DNA from: Amoebidium appalachense
Taxonomy: Eukaryota > Protista > Ichthyosporea
Direction of reading: 5' to 3'
Assembly (NCBI GenBank): GCA_963693365.1
Contig: CAVNZM010000002.1
Span: 8,095,059-8,159,058 of the forward strand
Length of the DNA: 64,000 bases
Made by a program: the position numbers and the translations under genes. The notes beneath the pieces were generated by a model. That model was not told where the DNA came from, searched no databases, and saw nothing but the letters and a program-made list of their open reading frames with translations. Numbering within the stretch: position 1 is the stretch's first letter; each line of letters begins with the position of its first letter. Below, piece after piece: positions 34,180-64,000 of the stretch.

Positions 34180-34660
34180 CGGCCAATCAGTGCGCGAAAG
34201 CCAAATTTGGCAATTTCGCGCTGCAGGTGTGCGAGCCAATCACTTGGCGTGCTGGCCGGCAAAAACAATCACTATGCGGCAATAACATGCAAAGGCCGGC
34301 TATTTTATAATTGGTAGATATTGTCCCATTGTTTTTCTTCTGGATTCATTCGAAAGATTGTTTGTTAAATCAGATGTATACTATTTTTATTGATATAATA
34401 TATTTTATTTATCAAAAATGCTCTAATGTTATGTAATATGATAGTACAATCTAAAAGCTTAGGGTAGTGAAACGACTACAAACAAACAGATCAAAGTGGT
34501 CCTATCACTTATTATTCGCTGAAGATCATTAGATTAAAAGTTTGGCGGGAAAAAGTGTATTTATCTCTATTACGATTGGCTTATAACCTGGCGCGCCACC
34601 TAATCTGCTTTTTGATTGGCCGTGGGTCAATCACCACTAACAAGGTGCCCGCGCATTTTT
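34180..34660. promoter_or_regulatory. Divergent promoter with clustered E2F sites and CCAAT boxes
   Basis: GCGCGAAA (34192) and TTTCGCGC (34214) form an inverted pair; TTTGGCGGGAAAA at 34541; TGGCGCGCCA at 34589; CCAAT/ATTGG at 34183, 34236, 34575, 34615. Confidence 0.7.
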
Positions 34661-34981
34661 CCAAACCGTCACTGCGGCACTTCCGGCACTTCCTTTCACT
34701 GCGGAAAATCTCGCTGGCAGCTGTTGCCTGGCTATTACGTTTTGTTTTCCAAAACTTGAGCTTGGGCTATACACATTATATGAGAAGGCATTCCATCTCC
34801 TGATACGCTTGGTTGTTTAAATTTTGTGAGACAGCTGTGCCGCTTGGCCTCTTTCTTCATCTTCTTTGCCTTGGTTTTCGCTCCGATATCCCTTTTTTTG
34901 ACCCATTGGCAAGAGGTTATGTAGCTATAGTGGCATTACTCGTATTGATCGCACAAGTTTAATCCCAAGAGGTTATCAGAA

Positions 34982-49515
<14,534 letters not shown>

Positions 49516-49815
49516 GTGGACCCTCGTGGTAGGTGTCCGTTTTCTGTCTGTGGGTGGGGTTTGGCGGCTAGGGGGGGGGATTGGTTATTGGGCACTTTCG
49601 ATCGATTTCCTGAATTGTGTACTGTGTTGGTGTGTTTTTTTGTTTTTTTTTTTTTTGGCGGGGAGGGGGAGGGGGGGGGGGGGGGTTGGCATAAATCTGA
49701 GCTCTTCAGACTATTAGGGGTTTAGCAGAAAACGGCCGGAAGTTAACGCTTTGGATACTGAACCTCTTCCTCCCCCCCCCCCCCCCCCCCCCCCCCCCTC
49801 TCCCCCCTCCTCTCC

Positions 49816-49861
<46 letters not shown>

Positions 49862-51084
49862 CCCACCTCCCCATTCCCCCTTCCCCTTCCCTTCTCCCCA
49901 TCCATTCGCGCACACAAAACCAAACCAAGCAACCAATACCCGACCAGACCCCTTCGATCCACACTCTACCTCCCCCCCTCCCCCCCCCCCCCCCCCCCCT
50001 CCCCTCCCCTCCCCTTCCCCTGCAGAGTTATCACGGGATCGACGGTTGTAAGTTGGCACCTTTATGAGGTCTGCTTGTTTCTAAATTTGTTCGAGTGTGG
50101 CAACCTCCCGTGAATTACATATGCGGAGATACACGTGTATGTAGATAGTGTCTTGTATCGAAATTTGTATGAAATGTTTGCGTGGAAACGACTTAGTTCT
50201 GAAATGTGTACATATATTACTTTGTGAATATATGCTTAGTGTTGATGTACATGTGGTGTATTGTTTGGCTGCACGGGCTTACGAAGATGTTATGCAGAGT
50301 TTGGTTTTTGGGTGAGATATATTCATGTATGCGAGAAATACCTTTGGTTTTGTTCCTGATGGTGCATTATAACGTTGGATATGCTGCAGAAATGTACGCA
50401 AGACTTGCGCATTTTCAGCTTTTTGGGCCGAATTTCCCTGAAGATACATGTTTAATTAGTTGTAGTTCGGGGTCTAGGGGACACCTTTTATAATAGCGTT
50501 AGCACAAAATGACTATTTGTTTAAAAATATAAAACAAAAATTTGATTGGATAAGCAGCTGGCCATCGCTTTCAATCGCACCCGAGATTGGTTGTCTTTGT
50601 GCTTTTCGGCGGTTTCATGGTGGTGGTGGTGTGGCAAAATGTGTGACTGTGTGACGGTATCTCTCTCCCTCCAGATCGCCGTCTTTCCTTCCCTCCCTCC
50701 CTCCCTCCCTCCCTCCCTCCTCCCTCCCTCCCTCCCCATCCCTCCCTCCCCCTCCCCCCCCCCTCTCTGTCTCTCTCTCCCCCCCCCCCCCCCCCCCCCC
50801 CCCTCCCCCTGCCCCGCCCCTTCTCTCTCTCTCTGTGTGTACTGTGCGCGCGCGCGTGCTTGCCTACCTGCATGCATGTGTGTGCGCTGTCAATGCCAGT
50901 GCTTTCAAATTTGAATATAGTTTTATTTTACCTAATTTATTTATTATTATTATTGTTTATTATTTGATTTTTCTTTTCTCTTTTCTTTTTCTCTTTTCTT
51001 TTTTCTTTTCTTTTCTTTTTCTTTCTTTCTTTCTTTTTTCTTTTTTCTTTTTTCTTTTTTTTTCCTTTCTTTTTTATTTTTTAT

Positions 51085-51147
<63 letters not shown>

Positions 51148-51841
51148 ATCTACCCCAATTTTTGTACACATCGGGATATGTGGGGGGAAGCATACGCATA
51201 TGTGCACGCTTACATAGCATCAGTCTACCTTTCACTTGGCACGACGCAGTTCTTTCATCAGCACCGTCCGCGAACACATATATATATATATGGATATATT
51301 TACACACATGCACGTCCACTAATTGCAGCAAATGAGCACACGTAGTTGATTAGGTTTGCTTGTATATGTGGCACCAGGCCTGCACGTCAATTAATTTTAA
51401 ATATTTACATATATGGTCAATTACATAGTTGTAAGTACTGGAATGGCATTATAGGTAAAATTTAAATATATCAAAGGAAATGCACAGGGATTGGTTGATA
51501 AGAATACTTAGGGTAAAGTGAACGGAATCCAAATGCAGTAAAACTTTGTGCCAACCAGATGTACACGATAATATACGAAGTTGAAATAGAGAGAATAAAG
51601 AAAATGGTGGGCGAAGCGTTAGACTTCACAGCAAACTATGAATCCAGTCAAGTAGCCGAGGGAAGAGCGTAAATACACACAATCATAAGGCAGACTCCTG
51701 GTTGTCATTCAACACACACACATACATACTCCCCCCCCCCCCCCCCCCCCCCCTCTCCCCCTCCCCTCCCCCCCTCCCTTCGCCCCCAAACACACACACA
51801 CCCTTCCCCGCACCCTTCTCCCCTCTTGCTTTCTCTCAACG

Positions 51842-51887
<46 letters not shown>

Positions 51888-51950
51888 ATTCTCCCGATCC
51901 CTCTCATCCCCTCTTTCTCTTTCTGCCCCTCTTCCGCGTGTTCTTTCTTT

Positions 51951-52067
<117 letters not shown>

Positions 52068-52087
52068 CCCCCCCCCCCCCTCCCCCT

Positions 52088-52120
<33 letters not shown>

Positions 52121-52222
52121 CCCCTCTCGCTCTCGCTCGCTCTCTCTCTCTCTCTCTCTCCCCCCCCCCCCCCCTTTCTCTCTCTCTCTCTCTCTCTCTC
52201 TCCCTCTCTCCCCCCCTCCCCC

Positions 52223-52253
<31 letters not shown>

Positions 52254-52376
52254 AAAAAAAAAAAAGAAAAGGGGGGGGGGGGGGGGGGGGGGGGAACAAG
52301 AGAACTGCCTGCAACCTCCCTCCCCCTTCCCCCTCCCCCTCCACCCCCCCCGCCCCCCTCTCAAAAAAAAAAAGCC

Positions 52377-58684
<6,308 letters not shown>

Positions 58685-59367
58685 GGCGTAAGAGTAATGA
58701 ATGGTATGGGTAGGAGCCAGGAAAAACATGAACTAGAATACACCCTGTATAGCTAAGAGTTTTTTCCTTGGTCACGGCAAGCTTAGGCCGTGCCACCACT
58801 GGCCCACTATCTAATTCCGGTTATATTGCATTCCAACACTCACTGCGACATTCCTGTGGGTACTGACGCCGTACTGACGTGAACTGACTCGCTCATAAAG
58901 CACAACACAAGAGTAACAGGATTCTGAGTTTCAGACTCTCAACTTAGCTAAAGACATGAGCTCTCTCTTTGCAAAAGAAGCCAACAAATATCAAAGAAGC
59001 GGATAAAGTGGCCGCCTTGTCCTATTCCATTAATTCCGATCCATGTGCTGTGGACCAATCATTGTTGAACACTTCTCTGATTGGCTAACGCTGCAAACAG
59101 CGATGACGAGACAGGTTGTACACCTCAGCAGCAGCAGGCAAGCTTGCAAACAAGCGCACAGCTCTATGTATAAGATGTTATACTGTGGTACATTATGCAG
59201 TTTGGGGTGGAGTTTGTAACGCCGTGGGTGTTCCTTCAGCCATGAGCTCACGCCAGCAGGCAGTGCTTGCTACCTGGTGAAGTTGGCCGCCGGCCCGGGC
59301 GATTGCGGGCGCGGCATTCCGATCATTCCATTCTCCTGGTCAGCTGGGTGCCGGAAAGAAGACGAAG

Positions 59368-59399
<32 letters not shown>

Positions 59400-59804
59400 A
59401 TGCAGAACGAGCATATTTTTGGGGAGGGGCCGGCCATGGCATACGCGCCGGCCACCTGCTCTGACGTCGCCTGGTCTGAGCTGCTGAGTGTAATTCAAAC
59501 TCCGGCCGCATGCGGATTATGCCATCTCCAGTGGTGCATGAAGCCACTGTGACAATGTACTCAGGCAGGTGCACGTGGTCCAGCGCTGGTGTGTGTGTGT
59601 GGTGCGGGTGGAGGTGGTGGTGGTGGTGGTGATGGTGGTGGTGAAGGCCTGGGGGGGGGGGGGGGGGGGGGGGGAAGGAGGGGGGGGGGGGGGGGAGGGG
59701 GGGGGGGGGGGGGGGGGGGGGTTGAGCCCCCTCACCCCCAACCACCCACATGCACCCGATTTTACTTGTATGCATGTGTATGTATTCATTCTCCGAACAC
59801 ACGA

Positions 59805-60035
59805 ACAACACATGGCATTTATAAAAAAGACATACGCGTGCGTGCGCACACACGCGCCACACACCCACCCACGCACACGCACACACACGCACGCACACAC
59901 ACACACACACACACGCACACACACACGTACACACACACACACACACACACACACAACATGGCATTTATAAAAAAGACATACGCGTGCGTGCGCACACACG
60001 CGCCACACACCCACCCACGCACACGCACACACACG

Positions 60036-60074
<39 letters not shown>

Positions 60075-60100
60075 ACACACACACACACACACACACACAA
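59805..60100. repeat. Tandem duplication of a ~146 bp CA-rich unit
   Basis: ACATGGCATTTATAAAAAAGACATACGCGTGCGTGCGCACACACGCGCC occurs twice (near 59810 and 59956). Confidence 0.85.
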
Positions 60101-61535
60101 CAACAACAACAACCACAACCACAACCACAACCACACCACACCACATCTTCCACATTCATCATGGACACATGTAGAACGAGCACAGCTTGATCTATCAGAG
60201 AGCTTGCATGTTCCACCTTGTGAGGGGGCACAACAAACGCCCAGTTTTATTTCTTTCCCACTGCCTTCCCTACTAACACCTCAATGAGTGTTCCTCATGA
60301 TCATTAGAAATATGTTACAGTAGTATATGGCCACCGGTACCGTACGACGTCCACACTCGTATGTACACATATTCGGGGACATCTTTAATTACATTACATT
60401 AATTACAAACAACTAGGCTGAAGGGGTTTACACACTAGTTATTGCTGTGGACATAGACTGAAACATCATTTTTATTTGGGATATATTTACATTCCTGATG
60501 CAGCACGTTTTGGGCGGGAAGGGGAAACCGTGGAAATCTGAATGATTTGAGTCCTAAACCCCTTCCCCAGGCCGTAAACCTCGTGCAATAAAGAGACGAA
60601 ACTGCAACATTAATGTATACGGTACACACTGGTGCACGTGTGTTAAGAAAAAAATGTGAATTTTTGCAAACCAATAGAAAAACTGGAATAAAAGGAATGG
60701 AATGCATGCCTAGGGATGGTGGTGGGTGGGGAAGCAAGCAGAAAGAGGAAGCTGCTCATTCATCGAATTCATCGAAGGTGATGCCAATGGGCTGGTAGGA
60801 TTTGATTGGCGAGAACCCTAAAAAGACGCAAAAATAAACAAACCGCAGAGCCAATCGGGCGCTAGATGAAACACAACTGCCTAACATGCATAATCCACAG
60901 ATCACCACGTATGCCAATACATTTCATGGCCACTTATCAACCCATATCATAATATCGATTAGAACAAGGTTACGACAACATCAGCAACCACCCAGGTTAA
61001 GGCCCATACACAGAGCAAAAAGGCAAAGCCGTGCCATTAGTACTTAAAAACACGAGATCCCGATGATCTGAACTACAATATCCGGTAAAAGGCATCACAT
61101 CGGGAGTGGGTTAGTTATCAACTGGGATCCGAAGGTAAATGCGGTAACACAGCATATCTTGATTTTGATATCATTCTTATAATCGACTCTAAAACTGTAA
61201 TCGCGTAACCATGAATGTGCAAGGGTGCAGACAAATGCACAGCACACTGCTGTAAGACAGCGATCGGGTGATCACCCCCCCCCCCCCCCCAAAAAAAAAA
61301 AAATAAAAAAATAAATAAAAGAATTAAATAAAACAAAACAAACAACAACCAATCAAACCAATCAAGCAAACCAACGCCTATTCCCCTGCCACCATCATGC
61401 CTGCATGGCTGCACCTGTCCTCCACTGCCCCAGCTCAAACTGCCGATGGCAAAACCCCCATGGCCACCCTGCAGCAATTTGATTGGGTGAGTGGGGGAAG
61501 GGGGGGTAGGGAGTGAACATACAGACACGTGTGTG

Positions 61536-61611
<76 letters not shown>

Positions 61612-61724
61612 CGTGCATGCGCGTGCGTGTATGTGTGTGTGTTCGCACGTCCGCGGGCACTATCATGTCCTATGTGTCTGCGAGCAGATGTGTGCGTACA
61701 TGTGTGTGTGCGACACTGTGTGTG

Positions 61725-61820
<96 letters not shown>

Positions 61821-62239
61821 GTGTGTGCATATGCCTGTGTGATTAGGGGTGTGCACGTGTGTATCCACTCTAATTCTGTGTAGAGGCATATTCACACATG
61901 TAGGCCTAGGGAAATACAGATATAGCTCATTTTAAATACATGTGTCGGATTAAAGTAGGGGTAGAGAGGGGCAAAAGGGGTAGGGGGAGAAGGGATACTT
62001 GCAAGTGAGTGAGAAGAGAGAAGAGTTTAGAAGGCCTAGGGGGGGGAGGGGGGGGGGGGGGGGGGGGGGGGATGTATCTGCTGGGGTATTGGAAACACCG
62101 GAGGCATGATCGCTGGAAACAGAAACCAGAAACCACAAAGAGAAACAAAACACAGGCAAAAACAATATGTGTGAGCATGTGTGTGTGGGCAGGTGTGTAC
62201 ATGTGTGCGTGTGCATGTGTGTGTGGTATGAAGTGCTTG

Positions 62240-62274
<35 letters not shown>

Positions 62275-62526
62275 ACTGTACGTTGTGTGCTTTTCGTGTG
62301 GTGGTGGTGGTAGTGCCGATAAGTGGTGGAGGTGTGTTTGATAAGGAAGGGGGTGGGTGGTGGTGGTGGGGGGGGGGGGGGGGGGGAGGAAGAGAGAGAG
62401 AGAGATAGAGCGAGCGAGAGAGAGAGAGAGAAAAAGAGGGGGAGGGGGGGGGGGAGGGGGGAGGGGACGGGAGACGGACAGAAAGAGGGGGGGGGAGAGG
62501 GGGGGGGGGGGGGAGGGGGTTACTAA

Positions 62527-64000
62527 TCAACGGGACCGCCTCTTGCTGATTTCCTTCTTCAAGTTGGAAACACGGCACTCTTGCTCGATCTGATCCGCAC
62601 CTAAGAGCCAGGACATGTTCGGCACGTAAATCGAATCGATTGTGGGTTTGGGGCAAAGAGCCAAGGGCATTAGGTCGATTTTGGATGAACATATTGACAC
62701 CTCGCACAAGCTCGTGTGGCCCTCGAACCCGCTCATCGTGCCGATTTTATCCACACGATAGAGTGCGAGTGATCGGATGGCAGGTATCTGTGTCAGTATG
62801 CTGATGTCCTCAATTCGTCGCAACCCCACAACTTCACATGGGTCAGCGCTGGGGCAGTGGCAGGCACACTGCCGAGTGAGCAAAGTGACGAGCAATGACG
62901 TATGGCGAGGCTTTTTAGGTTTGGGCTGTTGAGGGGGAATAGGGTGGTGCCACCGACGTGAAACAACTCAAGGCGGACGAGAGAGGTGGGTGGGCGGATA
63001 AGCTGTACGTCGGCATCGGGATCTCTTATTATCTCCAGGTTTTCTAGTGTCTTGCAGTGGGAAAGAAAAGAATAGGCTGATTGTTTCGAGAGCGGTGATC
63101 CGCTTAAAACTATCTTCCTGAGATGCTCGTGTGCTGATGTTGCTTTGATGGCCAGGTTACTTACTAGCTGCAGGTGTAGGACAGTAAGGTTGGGGAGGTG
63201 ATCCAGATCCAACTCGTTGCCTGCAACAGTACCGTCCGTAGCTTCGCAATCACATGAAATTAGCTATATATGGGTGAGTGCTCTAAAGGGTGAGAGTGCA
63301 TCAAGGCGCACGTAACCAAGAGAACAGAGTGTGAGGGATTTCAGTGCTTGTGTTTGGGCCAATAGAGATGATATCAGATTCGGTGCATCCAGGGGTAAAA
63401 AATGTTTGGAAGTGAGCTCAAACGACTCCAACTGTTGCATTTCAAAACGCGGTAGACCATTCGGCAACTGATCGGAGGACAGAGAGATGGTCCGTCGAAC
63501 ACGTCGGATTTTACGCGCTTGAGGTTTGGGCATGCGGTAAGGAGGTCGCTCAGCAGCTCACAGTTCTCGCTTTCGAAGTTTAGCCGACTTATCCTGCCGT
63601 TCGGTGCAAGTAGTGGTCGTCTAAAACCCGCTAGTGTGCTGGTAAACACCGCCGCATCTTCCATCTGTGTGCAATGTTTCCACACCATCTCAACCAATTG
63701 CAATTTCTTCTCAATACTCGGGCTGGTGCCCATGTTACCGAAGTTAAGGCTAACAGCACGCAATTTGCTTCCGACGGTTTCGACCAACGATGTGATGAGT
63801 TGTGTCCCAAATCTTTCCGGAACTTTCTCCCATGTCACACGAAGCCTTTCCAAATTTGGAAGGAGCGCAGTCTGACGAAAAGTAACCTTAACTGTTTTCC
63901 TGTGCTTTTCACGCAGGTCGCCCATCCAATCGATGTCCAGCACCACCGTACCGATGGCCGCATGCCACGGTACCGACTCGGCAAACTTGTCCACCATCAC
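62527..64000 (-). pseudogene. Leucine-rich-repeat (F-box/LRR-like) gene with three disabling lesions; 5' part outside the window
   Basis: LxxLxL repeats (LPNLERLRV, CPNLKRV, LKSLTL, LPNLTVLHL, LENLEI, SPNLKSLAI) continue across four ORF pieces. Frameshift in a CT repeat near 63482-63488, in-frame TAG at 63264-63266, frameshift near 62812. Confidence 0.75.

Noticed and set aside
59267-59560. GC-rich stretch with an A29 run, possible SINE or small gene
   Set aside because: Single copy in the window, with no TSD, Pol III boxes or convincing ORF identified.
63264-63266. TAG reassignment or readthrough
   Set aside because: TAG terminates the kinase, DJ-1/PfpI and RT ORFs in this window, and the same gene also has two frameshifts.

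Overview
Eukaryotic (protist-like) genomic DNA, rich in introns and saturated with (CA/TG)n, (CT/AG)n and long poly-C/poly-G tracts, so most ORFs in the supplied track are microsatellite artefacts. Manual exon reading supports eight gene loci: a long Pro/Ser/Thr-rich protein ending in a ubiquitin/SUMO-like domain (+), an actin-fragmin-kinase-family kinase (-), an unassigned type II membrane protein (+), an intronless MFS sugar porter (+), a DJ-1/PfpI protein (-), an atypical E2F7/8/DEL-type factor with two DNA-binding domains (+), a coiled-coil/BTB/WD40 protein (-) and a disabled LRR gene (-). The most notable feature is a 5'-truncated Penelope-like retroelement inside an E2F intron (about 39008-42006). 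It has an RT C-terminal half with no C-terminal endonuclease and a ~2.2 kb 3' region carrying several apparently structured RNA modules: a duplicated covarying motif and a pseudoknot. Four more 3'-coterminal fragments of this RNA sit in introns elsewhere in the window, all at C-tracts and all sense to the host gene; one has a clear ~17 bp target-site duplication. A foldback MITE with a 6 bp TSD is also present. Exon boundaries and RNA folds were read by eye and need computational confirmation, and homopolymer lengths may be unreliable.
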